From a virus, in IMG/VR virus record IMGVR_UViG_3300032050_000061, positions 1 to 64,000 of that record: DNA of 64,000 nucleotides. One strand, 5' to 3'. Position numbers and translations under genes: made by a program. The notes under the pieces are model-generated. The model searched no databases. It was given only the letters and a program-made list of their open reading frames with translations, and was not told the origin of the DNA. Of this stretch, positions 41,401-50,001 are shown one piece after another (the stretch's first letter is position 1; each line of letters begins with the position of its first letter).

Positions 41401-42716
41401 GAATTACCCATCGTAGCAATTACAGTGTATCCTTTTTCTTCCCCTTCTTTTATTTTTCTATCTAACTCCTTTTGTCTATAATCATTAAATGCCTTTTGAC
41501 CTTTGGATAAATCAGTTTCACCATAGTTCTGATCATCTCTATAATTAAGTTGATATAGGTCTTCTTTTTGTTCTAATGTAAGGTTATTCCAATCTACATC
41601 ACCATCAAACTCTTTACTTCCACCTTTTCTCGCTTCTCCCTTAATCCATTCTTTCGTTTCATCAGTAAGGTAATCATCGGCATCCAAATCATCTCCCTGT
41701 CCAACCATATTTGTCCAAACCGATGCCATTGCCTTTTCTTTATTACCATCAAATGATTTGGCTATATCATCAAAAATAGGTGAATCGGAATTCCTTACAT
41801 CACCATTTTCATCCCAACTCTCTTCTTTGGCATTATCAAAATGTTCTAAACACGCGTCTCTTAATTCAGCCTGCTCTCCAACAAAATCAATTTTACCATC
41901 ATCACCTAAACCAACTCCACCTTCACCAACAAACATTACTTTTGCATCTTTTGGTAAGGATTTAATCTTTTCTATTGTATTCTTTGTGCTTTCATTCCCC
42001 TCACCATGCTCAACTCCGATAAGTAGAGAACCGTTTTCAGTTGTTTCAGCATCCAACATATTCCCATCACTATCCTTTTGAGATGTCAATTCTTTTGCAA
42101 TCTCCTCATTTTTTTCAGTAACCTTCTTTTTTAATTCGGCTTGAAATTCAGGATCATCCTTTTGCTTTGCTTTTAATATATCCCTTTTTCTCTTTGATGA
42201 ACCTGCTCTCGCTCTATCTCTCGCCGATGCATCAGGATTGTTTAAAACCTTTTCGGGTTCACTTTTAATTGCATCTTCTTTTTCTTTTTCTTCCGGACTT
42301 TTTTCTGCAGGTGGTTGTTCGGTTGGTTGTTTAGAATCAGTTGGCTCTTTTTCATCTCCTCCACCTAATTTTTTTTCAAACTCTGCTTTTTCTTCTGGAG
42401 TTACGGGTCTTAAATTACCGTTATCGTTTTTAAATTCTACTTCCCCACCTTCTTTGGATGAATAGTAACCACCCCCTAAATGAAACTTACCAGGAAAATC
42501 TTTTGATTCACCTTCACCATCACTCTGCGGCTTTTTTGGGGGTTCGGCTTCATTAATAAAAATTTCAGATATGATTCCCGCATATCGTCCATATCCTAAC
42601 TTGTAACAACACTCTATTAGATTCTCAACCTGCACCTTTTCTTTCAACGAAGGTATAGGGTATTTTTGAGAATGCTCTAATAAAATTTCATCTATTATTT
42701 TATTAACATCAATCAT
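38493..42716 (-). CDS. Large mosaic protein with a ParB/Srx-like domain, a possible ChaN/EreA/TIKI-like domain and a possible C-terminal PD-(D/E)XK-like domain
   Basis: IYVSRDGFVIDGHHRWAA; LIGVEHG..FVGEG..MGNSHV; ADIIV...GLSVKYK. Confidence 0.6.
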   Translation of the reverse strand: MIDVNKIIDEILLEHSQKYPIPSLKEKVQVENLIECCYKLGYGRYAGIISEIFINEAEPPKKPQSDGEGESKDFPGKFHLGGGYYSSKEGGEVEFKNDNGNLRPVTPEEKAEFEKKLGGGDEKEPTDSKQPTEQPPAEKSPEEKEKEDAIKSEPEKVLNNPDASARDRARAGSSKRKRDILKAKQKDDPEFQAELKKKVTEKNEEIAKELTSQKDSDGNMLDAETTENGSLLIGVEHGEGNESTKNTIEKIKSLPKDAKVMFVGEGGVGLGDDGKIDFVGEQAELRDACLEHFDNAKEESWDENGDVRNSDSPIFDDIAKSFDGNKEKAMASVWTNMVGQGDDLDADDYLTDETKEWIKGEARKGGSKEFDGDVDWNNLTLEQKEDLYQLNYRDDQNYGETDLSKGQKAFNDYRQKELDRKIKEGEEKGYTVIATMGNSHVGMWRERNKKKDETFKPQSLRNLQKELPDADKEVFSKESDLDKIPADKREEISMKIDELADKANKGEDFNLCQVTVPGTNLYCDDNQGIPREEMPQFKGKPLPGTPAEELPKDSKGEVDTEPLFKKMLKEKGIKTVETELPSDKLKATQSELVGSKVAGMTKALEEDPQNPGITAPIYVSRDGFVIDGHHRWAAVTSAAIKAGKPANMKVIVVDMDIKDAIPMCNQFAEEQGIAAKKADANDGEQPKPKEPNKKEGGVIYPIGGNYYSDTPNGPAQYVKSESVVREVFENQNEKFIGLLFEETVTKQLPGGDEIRVTPIDVEDQPEATQKADAEDVTTEAPESFKAALSSTAGKKGEEFIAKKKKDLSKLVTQMLTDGKLNLIGEDGKPISIEEDVLQSLVEKVFNGEDLSDGEKETFNQVFKFVTTVSGDVKIYVANKIAGRHPQQGYKSIELKKKNVAMGEAVRAFALKNGLNVGRSSEGAIGKKVLNPKKMASSVNPDEPEMMVEISTTKNGVNIGGKEFKRFKEIDEESLTQQLVKQGFTQQEAAKKARLLALQTMAYNQKLGDLAKIGEESGGKIPMANFGDVTNPEGRKQTANNIIDGAIKRFTTELEEYGKMFGKENLPDTPENKKVFDTLNKLKELNTNSDLENDETAREEYKKLLNQLLVDMGNSRDFKDAVADFAEIKAGLQFLSEGKQVYFPASENFQTADIIVMPDEFNVKPKDGQTMEEAIAENLQFYAVTVTFVGGLSVKYKGGGGSANYSKILQTVYKNPETQEKLLGIQSIYSLAYPKDKKGQLNIKKEDIAAAEKSLNDTIDWAIKNNIITQEEADKIRLIGQKQAKNTLSGALKNVAMCEGADREAFEQAVILHHTMLHLTAVINNRDMLYTRFSNFNEEVSQNKEGVVTKVRDDIADGVSKPCFMNPHHNPGFDTSDPDENDCVTAAPTNQNPSHIESEPPKNLLLLK

Positions 42717-42724
42717 TTTTTCTA

Positions 42725-43120
42725 TTAATTGAATTCAATCTTTTGGAATATTCTTGTCGGTATCTTTCTAATACCAGTCGCTCCGGTTAGAATGATTGAG
42801 TTTTTAAATTTATCCCAATCTAATGAAAAATTTGTATCTAACACTCCACCATTTTCTTCTTTAATAAGTTGGTTTAAAGCGTTAATAGTATATAGTGTGT
42901 TTGATTGTTTTTTACGATGAACTAAAATCGTATTTTCTAATTGAACCGGCGGCCTAAAATCAACATCTATATTATAAGTTATATATAACTCTTCTAACGA
43001 AGTTTTATTTTGCAGGATGTAGATATAGTTGTAAACAATTTTATAGTTTTCTCTAACTTTTTGAAGTATATCTTGTAAACTATCCGTCTCCGCAAATGTG
43101 CATAGTAACTGTGTTTTCAT
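42725..43120 (-). CDS. Conserved phage hypothetical protein
   Basis: MKTQLLCTF, VHRKKQSNTLYTINALN. Confidence 0.65.
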   Translation of the reverse strand: MKTQLLCTFAETDSLQDILQKVRENYKIVYNYIYILQNKTSLEELYITYNIDVDFRPPVQLENTILVHRKKQSNTLYTINALNQLIKEENGGVLDTNFSLDWDKFKNSIILTGATGIRKIPTRIFQKIEFN

Positions 43121-43156
43121 TTAAAAATAATTAATACTTTTTCTCACATATAAGTA

Positions 43157-44398
43157 TTAAATATTTCCATAAGTCTTACTTTTTAACACTTCAATCGGAG
43201 CAATGGTTTCCAAAATTGCTTTTATTTCATCTAAAATAGCTGTTTCCCCATCATCAACATCGAATAAAAACGAATCATAGGTATATAAAACCAATTTGGT
43301 TTCTTTGTATTTAAGTAATTTATTAATCTTTTTAATTAAAAATGCATTTGTTTCGGTTTCCAGCGATTGCAAATAATAGTTAAATACCTTTTGCGGATTA
43401 TGGTTATCAATTCTTTGGAAAGGAATTCTTTTTCCAACCTTTGTTTCCAAATAACCATTAATCAAAAACCTCTTATACATCTCCTTAATGAATACATCCG
43501 TCTTTTGGAAGAATGGTATTTCTAAATTTTCTACATCTATCCCACCATATAATTGTTGGAAAGTAAGTTTCTTACTATTAAGGTAATCCTCATCACTTAA
43601 TACGGTTTTCCCAAAATATTGTTTGCCCAACCATTCATGTGCGGAATCTTCGGGTATAGATTCTCCTACTAAATTTGCTATCAGACGGACGTGGTATCCA
43701 TCGAAATCGTATTGAACTAATTCACCCCTTTTAGAAACGATATAATCTCTACTGCCATCCGATTTATTTAGTGCGGAGTAGTTTACCCCTCCGAAAGTAT
43801 TTGAAGGTCGCCCTGTGGTTGTAAAGTTGTTGTAGAGGGAGTATTCATATCCAAATGTAGTTGGTATTCCATTCCCCTCTATCTTTTGGAATTCAGGTAG
43901 GACTAAATGATTGTAAAACTCATAACCCCCAACCCCCTTTGTATCCGCATACTTAATGTTTTCTTTTACAAAATCAGTTACATATTTAATGAGTGTGCTG
44001 ATTGGTATAAAACTTAAATCATCTCTATTCCGATACCCCTTTGTAAAAGAATTATATATCATATCATACTCAAATGTTTTGAATTCTTTAAGATGATACA
44101 ATACATCTACACTATGTGAGTTTGGTAGGTTTAACTGATGTAGAAACCATTTACTATCAAATATAAATTTAGGTGCATCGCCCGAAGTCAATGCTCCTAA
44201 TGGTGCATCTACCACATCATTATGTCCATTCGTTAAAACATAACAATCATCACCGATAAAAACAAAAGCACCCAATAGTTTATTCACTATGGGGTGCTCT
44301 TTTCTATTTTGGAATAAGGGAAATATTACACTTTTTTTAGAAGTGTATTCTTTTAGAAATTCTTTACCGCTTTGTTTGTTCTCTACGAATTTTACCAT
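43157..44398 (-). CDS. Miniature family A DNA polymerase-like protein
   Basis: TTGRPS, motif A DFDGYHVR, motif B KKLTFQQLYG, NYYLQ, motif C YTYDSFLF; start revised to ATG 44398. Confidence 0.8.
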   Translation of the reverse strand: MVKFVENKQSGKEFLKEYTSKKSVIFPLFQNRKEHPIVNKLLGAFVFIGDDCYVLTNGHNDVVDAPLGALTSGDAPKFIFDSKWFLHQLNLPNSHSVDVLYHLKEFKTFEYDMIYNSFTKGYRNRDDLSFIPISTLIKYVTDFVKENIKYADTKGVGGYEFYNHLVLPEFQKIEGNGIPTTFGYEYSLYNNFTTTGRPSNTFGGVNYSALNKSDGSRDYIVSKRGELVQYDFDGYHVRLIANLVGESIPEDSAHEWLGKQYFGKTVLSDEDYLNSKKLTFQQLYGGIDVENLEIPFFQKTDVFIKEMYKRFLINGYLETKVGKRIPFQRIDNHNPQKVFNYYLQSLETETNAFLIKKINKLLKYKETKLVLYTYDSFLFDVDDGETAILDEIKAILETIAPIEVLKSKTYGNI

Positions 44399-44404
44399 AG
44401 GAAA

Positions 44405-44436
44405 CAAATATACGAATAATTTTTAAGAATTCCAAT
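44405..44436 (-). promoter_or_regulatory. Bacteroidota-type promoter for the mini-PolA
   Basis: ATTGGA-N18-TATATTTG-TTTCCT-ATG. Confidence 0.7.
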
Positions 44437-45205
44437 ACTTTTCTTGCAAAGGTTTCAATTCGATTGGCTCTCTTTTCATATGTGAACCCTGATTGAAGTA
44501 TGCTCCTTTTTTTAAGTAACCACCTAAAAAGTTTCTTCTGAATCTCTTTGAGTCATTCGCTTCTGAACCATGCACACAATGAGAATGTAATAATACAACT
44601 TGTCCCTTTTTAAGAACTCCTTCTACTTTACGAAAATCATGTCCCTCCGGCATTACACACGGTTTACCTCTTTCGTTTCTCCAAAATGATGGGTTAGTTT
44701 TTGTTCTCTCCTCATCAACTTCAATTGGTAAGGTTGGTAATCTATGAGAACCTTCGTAATTCCATACTGCCCCATTCCCCGCGTCATGATTATCTAAAGC
44801 CAATGCAGTATTGATAATTTCGTTGTGTCCACATCCTGTATAGAATGCATTTTGGTGCATATCTCTACCCAATTGTCCCGGTGGTTTAAAGTATGCCCAA
44901 GTTTGCATACCAACTATCTCACCTTCCATTAAGAATTCACACGCCTCGATAATCTTTGGATGAACAAATAATTTTTCTAATTTTTCAGAAATCTTATGTG
45001 GATATGCAAATGGATCCCACTCACCCCAATCTTTTCCTTCTGGTGTTAGTGTTCCTTTTCTTTCCTGTCTTAATCTTTCTAATTCATCGTTGATTTCATC
45101 ACACTCTTCTTCAGTTAATAAATCTAAAGTGGTGAAACCTCTATACCTCCAATCGAAGGTCATTTGTTGGATTTCTAAATCCGATAGATGTTTAAAATTT
45201 GCCAT
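44423..45205 (-). CDS. PhyH-family (phytanoyl-CoA dioxygenase-like) 2OG-Fe(II) oxygenase
   Basis: FKPPG, HQN (Asn at the usual Asp position), GSH, HGSEAN..R. Confidence 0.85.
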   Translation of the reverse strand: MANFKHLSDLEIQQMTFDWRYRGFTTLDLLTEEECDEINDELERLRQERKGTLTPEGKDWGEWDPFAYPHKISEKLEKLFVHPKIIEACEFLMEGEIVGMQTWAYFKPPGQLGRDMHQNAFYTGCGHNEIINTALALDNHDAGNGAVWNYEGSHRLPTLPIEVDEERTKTNPSFWRNERGKPCVMPEGHDFRKVEGVLKKGQVVLLHSHCVHGSEANDSKRFRRNFLGGYLKKGAYFNQGSHMKREPIELKPLQEKYWNS

Positions 45206-45228
45206 ATAACTTTGTTGTTTATTTATAA

Positions 45229-45609
45229 CTATACTAATCTATGAAATTGTTTTGTATTTACCAAATATAAATTCAATTCTGGTATTATTTTTTCTCCTTC
45301 TATAATTGATAATGAATTTACAGTATGAACCGATGGGATATATTCACCATTTTCAGTATATGTATCTTCTAAATCACCGGTAATTTTCCAATTTATTTTT
45401 ACACCAACATAATAAGGAGTATCTGAATAATCAGCATATGTATCCTCACTTATTTCAAATATAGGTGCACCGGGTGTAGCTCTCATTTGAGTAAAATACC
45501 TTCTAATAAAACCTATTTCATAATCTCTATTATTTGGATTAGGGAAATATGCTTTAGGTGTTCTATTCTTAATAGGTATTGTTTTTAATTTTTTATAATT
45601 ATCAATCAT
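45229..45609 (-). CDS. Hypothetical protein at the end of the baseplate operon
   Basis: DYEIGFIRRYF, INWKITG. Confidence 0.6.
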   Translation of the reverse strand: MIDNYKKLKTIPIKNRTPKAYFPNPNNRDYEIGFIRRYFTQMRATPGAPIFEISEDTYADYSDTPYYVGVKINWKITGDLEDTYTENGEYIPSVHTVNSLSIIEGEKIIPELNLYLVNTKQFHRLV

Positions 45610-45612
45610 AAT

Positions 45613-47712
45613 TTACTTATAAAAAGGTCTAAAATGACTCTTAACATCCGTAACCCATTGCTTACCATCAATTTTGTGGGTTATTTCTTCTACCTGAAAT
45701 GCTCCTCTTCCAATACCATATTGTGGAGGTAACCCCTTTACACTAAATAGATGACCGACTTGGAAACCACTCATACCTAATACACTAAAATCAAATCCTA
45801 CTGGTAAAGTTCTTCCATTATAAACTTCACCCCCTCCGGTATATCCCAAATCTGCTTTTCTTATGTCGTTAAATTTTCTTTTATTTAAGAAACTACCACA
45901 TATCGCCCATTCATCCATATTACCATCTTCTATATCTGCAACTGAAATTATTTTGGGGTTTACTAATAATTTTATATTTCTTCGGAATTCAATCCATTTT
46001 TGTTTAGGGTCTTCTTCCTCCGGAGTTTTTACGGTAGAATCATATGCTTCTTTATTCAATTTTCCTAATACAACATCTTTTTTAGATGAAAATATTCCAG
46101 TCAATTCATTGGTTGATTGAACGTTATCAACTGATTTTTCCATATACACTTTACTAGCCATTTCTTTCGGAATGTCTAAATTAAAACTCGCATTTAAAAA
46201 GAAACTATTTGTCCCAAACATATCAAATACTTCAACATTTGATCCACCATTTCCACTTCTTACATTTCTTAAATTTGCATCAGCAATTCTTAATTTTGTT
46301 GTACCTGAATTATCTTCTAGTATTTGAAACGACCAAAGCCCTTCTACTGCTTCTTCCATTTTTTTTAAAACACCATCTAAAACTTCTTTTATTGGAGTGG
46401 TTTGATCCTTTAATGCCTCCATTGCCATTTCATTTTCGATATAAACATCCCCAATCCAACCATGTTTACCGGCTGGCAAAGTTACCGATTGACCTTCGAA
46501 TGTCACCGTAGTAGCACCGGTCTTTGGAAATGATCTACCATTTACTGATGTATCCAATGCAGTTCCGGATGGAGCACCGGATGGATTTAATAAAATAATA
46601 TCGTCCAAATAATTGTAACAAGTCGAATTAGGAATAAAAATTCTTTCATCGGTAGAAAAAATTCTAGAAAATCCACCAATATAAGTGTTTGAAATGTCTA
46701 TTGAGAAATCAACATTAGCCGAACTTAACTTAATTCTAGCTGCATTCATCAATTTAATAAATGCATCAAAACTCATAAATTTACCCCCATTGATTGGATT
46801 ATCAGCATCAGCTGCTTCAAAAGATTTTCCCTTAAATGTCAAATTACCACTAAACCATCCTTCACTAGTTTCCTCCTTTGCTTCAGTAACTAAACTTTCA
46901 TTATAATTTATAAAATCAGAATCATACTTAAATGTATCTTCTATTTTAAGAGTATTATTATTTCTTAATTCATCAGGTAATTGATCGTAACAATACACCC
47001 AATTTAATTTTCTATTTCTACTTTGTTCTAATGATGCTTTACCATCCGGATGGCTTAATGGTTTTATAGGTTCGGCAGTTGTTGTCGGTGTTACAGTTTC
47101 TCCACTTTTTCCCATTAAAATTTCTCCTAACGAAACCATCTTTACATCAACATCAAATTCTAATCCAGATATAGTTGATTCTCCTCCACCGATTATTCCA
47201 ACGAAATTATCATAACAACCTTGATTGGCCGCTCTTATACTATTTAATTCAGCTGCATTTCTATTGTATTTTTGAACAGTACCCGCACTTACATCAGTTG
47301 GCCCAATTGCTTTATTTGTTCTAACTGAATAATTCCAACCCCATTGAACATACACACTTATACCGGGTTCTAAAAAATTTTGTTGAATCAATCTTAATTG
47401 CTCCGGTGTAAAACATTTTATTTTTAATGTGCATCTCCTCAACGTTCCCCTACTAGCAAAATCCACAGAGAAATCCGTTATGATGGGATTAGGTCTATAT
47501 CTCCATTCAGAAGTATTACGATAAGCATCAGTTGAACTACCATCAAATAAAGTTGAATACGAATCAGTTCCTATTGAATACCTTCCTTCTAAACTTGTTG
47601 TTGCTTTAATCCAAGGCACTAATTTTGATAGCTGAACATTATTTTCTGATGATCTAGCCCTTAACTCACTTACTATATATGAATCTATACTTTTATAAAA
47701 AGGAAACGCCAT
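45613..47712 (-). CDS. Putative baseplate hub protein
   Basis: Follows the LysM/gpX-like gene; VQWGW near the N-terminus; FQVEEITHKI..WVT C-terminus. Confidence 0.6.
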   Translation of the reverse strand: MAFPFYKSIDSYIVSELRARSSENNVQLSKLVPWIKATTSLEGRYSIGTDSYSTLFDGSSTDAYRNTSEWRYRPNPIITDFSVDFASRGTLRRCTLKIKCFTPEQLRLIQQNFLEPGISVYVQWGWNYSVRTNKAIGPTDVSAGTVQKYNRNAAELNSIRAANQGCYDNFVGIIGGGESTISGLEFDVDVKMVSLGEILMGKSGETVTPTTTAEPIKPLSHPDGKASLEQSRNRKLNWVYCYDQLPDELRNNNTLKIEDTFKYDSDFINYNESLVTEAKEETSEGWFSGNLTFKGKSFEAADADNPINGGKFMSFDAFIKLMNAARIKLSSANVDFSIDISNTYIGGFSRIFSTDERIFIPNSTCYNYLDDIILLNPSGAPSGTALDTSVNGRSFPKTGATTVTFEGQSVTLPAGKHGWIGDVYIENEMAMEALKDQTTPIKEVLDGVLKKMEEAVEGLWSFQILEDNSGTTKLRIADANLRNVRSGNGGSNVEVFDMFGTNSFFLNASFNLDIPKEMASKVYMEKSVDNVQSTNELTGIFSSKKDVVLGKLNKEAYDSTVKTPEEEDPKQKWIEFRRNIKLLVNPKIISVADIEDGNMDEWAICGSFLNKRKFNDIRKADLGYTGGGEVYNGRTLPVGFDFSVLGMSGFQVGHLFSVKGLPPQYGIGRGAFQVEEITHKIDGKQWVTDVKSHFRPFYK

Positions 47713-47990
47713 TAGTATTGATTTATTATATCAAATTTATTTTTCGGAATTCTTAATTGCAATCCTGCTTCTAACCCAATATTTACACCATTCAAATTAT
47801 TAGCGGTAGCGATAATCCACCATAAGGAACTATCTTTATAAAATTCATTTGCTAATAAATCTAATCTATCAGTTTCTTGTGTAATAATGTATATATCATC
47901 ATCCTTTTTGGGAATAGTTTTGGGTATAGATGTCTTTAACACCTTTTTACCATCATCCAATCTCTTTATATTTTTTAAGTTATATCTCAT
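47712..47990 (-). CDS. LysM/gpX-like baseplate protein
   Basis: DRLDLLANEFYKDSSLWWIIATAN...GLQLRIP. Confidence 0.8.
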   Translation of the reverse strand: MRYNLKNIKRLDDGKKVLKTSIPKTIPKKDDDIYIITQETDRLDLLANEFYKDSSLWWIIATANNLNGVNIGLEAGLQLRIPKNKFDIINQY

Positions 47991-49996
47991 TACATTACTT
48001 TTTTACCGTATCCATAAAGATTGAAATCAGTAGTAGCTTTTGTTTCTATGAATGTAAGTGTTGTGGTTATACTTATAATTTTAGGTAATTTATAGTTATC
48101 CATATTATAATTACCATTACTTACCTGATTTCGTTGTATTTCAGTATTTACAATATTTGAACGTTTTAAATTTTTATCATATATCTCATTTCCCTCAATT
48201 CGAGTCGCCCTAGCTGGATACACTCCAGATGCATCAGATTGAACATCTAATCCAAGTTCACTAACCTTTGCACCTTTACCATTTTCTTTTGAATTTTCTT
48301 CACCATTTAAAGCACCACCGTAAAATTTCTTGCCAAATTCAGTATTATATGTTCCGGCTTTTGTCTTTAATAATCCACCACCTAATTCCCAAAGATTTTC
48401 TGCATCTTCTATTGAATATGATAAACTATCAACAAAACAGGCTTTTTTGTTGTAAATATTTCCATATGTAAAATATAATAAAGTAGGTTCTACTATACCT
48501 GCATTGTATTGATATGGATATGTGCAATGAGCTAAAAATTCCAATCTTCTCCACATCATTACTAATTCAGCCTGAGACATTGAATAGGCCTTTAAGTTAA
48601 AACTTACCTTTCTTTCTATTCCGCTATAATTGTAAAAACTAAATGGTGAACCTAACATTTTTGTATTTTCCCAACTCGGAGAAAATTGTTCGTTAAATCC
48701 TGTCATTGTGGCTCTGAAAAAGACAGATGCACCATCATTTACTCTTTGAAATTTTAATGGTATTAAATCAACTTCATCTAATGTTCTACCATTATATTTT
48801 ATTGTCTTTAATTCAGATTCAGCTAATCTTCCAGTTTGATTTAAAATATCTCTATCTGAAAATAAACCTCTTCTGTTATCTAATTTATTATCATATACTT
48901 TTTCAGTATTATTATGATATGATCTTTTAGTAGTATCAGTCGAGTACCTATCTTTTTTCCAATTATTTTTTAGTAAATAATTAGGTTTAATAAATCGTAG
49001 AATCTCATTTTCTTGAAACTTTTTCTTTTTTGCTTCATCGTTTAATTCACTAGCTTTTCTACCAAATGAATAACCCCTATCCGGTGTATTAAACTTATCA
49101 ATTAAATCTTTTTGTGAAGGCTCTCCTCTTTTTTGGTGAGATGTATTTTGAGATAATTGGAATCCATATACGATTTCTCTATTTGCAAATCTTCGCGGTG
49201 TTCCAAATAGACCCCCATCTACACTTCTATCTAATCCAAAAACAGGTGAAACTTTTGATATATCGAATGATTGTAAAGAACCTCCTAATGTTAAATCCTT
49301 CATCGAATCAGAATATGTTCCTCCGTTCTCATCTTCGAAGTATTTTTGATTAAAATTATCTAAACTTCCAGATGTTACGGGAATAACTCTACTACCCAAT
49401 AATGCACTTCTTATCGCACTCTTTGCTAAATTAATTCCTTTTCCGAATGATTGTTTAGCCAATTGATTCGGAGTTCCCGCACCAGTATCTTTCAAAAATC
49501 TACCTAATTGTGACCCTCTGGCATCTTTTCTGATTTCTGCTAAATCAATCATTTTATTAGGAGTTCTTCCTTCCTTAAATTCTTTTGTATTAATTACATA
49601 AGTTGGAAAAACATTCTGAGGAGTTCCTAATGTTTTATTTACAAACCCAATTCCTTTTTCTATAAACTTTCCTATTTTACCTAAACTGATTTGTTGATTA
49701 GGATTTTTAGAAAGTTTCATTGCATCAACATCAGATGTTTTTTGAGTTGTAATTCTTATTATTTCAGTTCCGTACAATGTCGGTGAATTAACTAACCTCA
49801 TAGGTCTCAATCCACTCAATTCCTGCTCTAATGCAGTTTCTCTTAAAGGATCAAATCTCTTTTCAATAGAGTTTCCTAATTTGTTTTCTCTATCAATAAG
49901 AAATTGACCTCTATCAGCAATATAAGAAGTTGCCTTATTTTGAGGTATTTGTTTATTCTCTTTAGAAGATTTAAATAATTCTAATATTGTAGGCAT
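47990..49996 (-). CDS. Putative tail tube initiator / baseplate protein
   Basis: Follows the tape measure; FRATMTGFNEQFSPSW...YSGIERKVSF tube-like domain. Confidence 0.6.
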   Translation of the reverse strand: MPTILELFKSSKENKQIPQNKATSYIADRGQFLIDRENKLGNSIEKRFDPLRETALEQELSGLRPMRLVNSPTLYGTEIIRITTQKTSDVDAMKLSKNPNQQISLGKIGKFIEKGIGFVNKTLGTPQNVFPTYVINTKEFKEGRTPNKMIDLAEIRKDARGSQLGRFLKDTGAGTPNQLAKQSFGKGINLAKSAIRSALLGSRVIPVTSGSLDNFNQKYFEDENGGTYSDSMKDLTLGGSLQSFDISKVSPVFGLDRSVDGGLFGTPRRFANREIVYGFQLSQNTSHQKRGEPSQKDLIDKFNTPDRGYSFGRKASELNDEAKKKKFQENEILRFIKPNYLLKNNWKKDRYSTDTTKRSYHNNTEKVYDNKLDNRRGLFSDRDILNQTGRLAESELKTIKYNGRTLDEVDLIPLKFQRVNDGASVFFRATMTGFNEQFSPSWENTKMLGSPFSFYNYSGIERKVSFNLKAYSMSQAELVMMWRRLEFLAHCTYPYQYNAGIVEPTLLYFTYGNIYNKKACFVDSLSYSIEDAENLWELGGGLLKTKAGTYNTEFGKKFYGGALNGEENSKENGKGAKVSELGLDVQSDASGVYPARATRIEGNEIYDKNLKRSNIVNTEIQRNQVSNGNYNMDNYKLPKIISITTTLTFIETKATTDFNLYGYGKKVM

Positions 49997-50001
49997 CTTA
50001 A

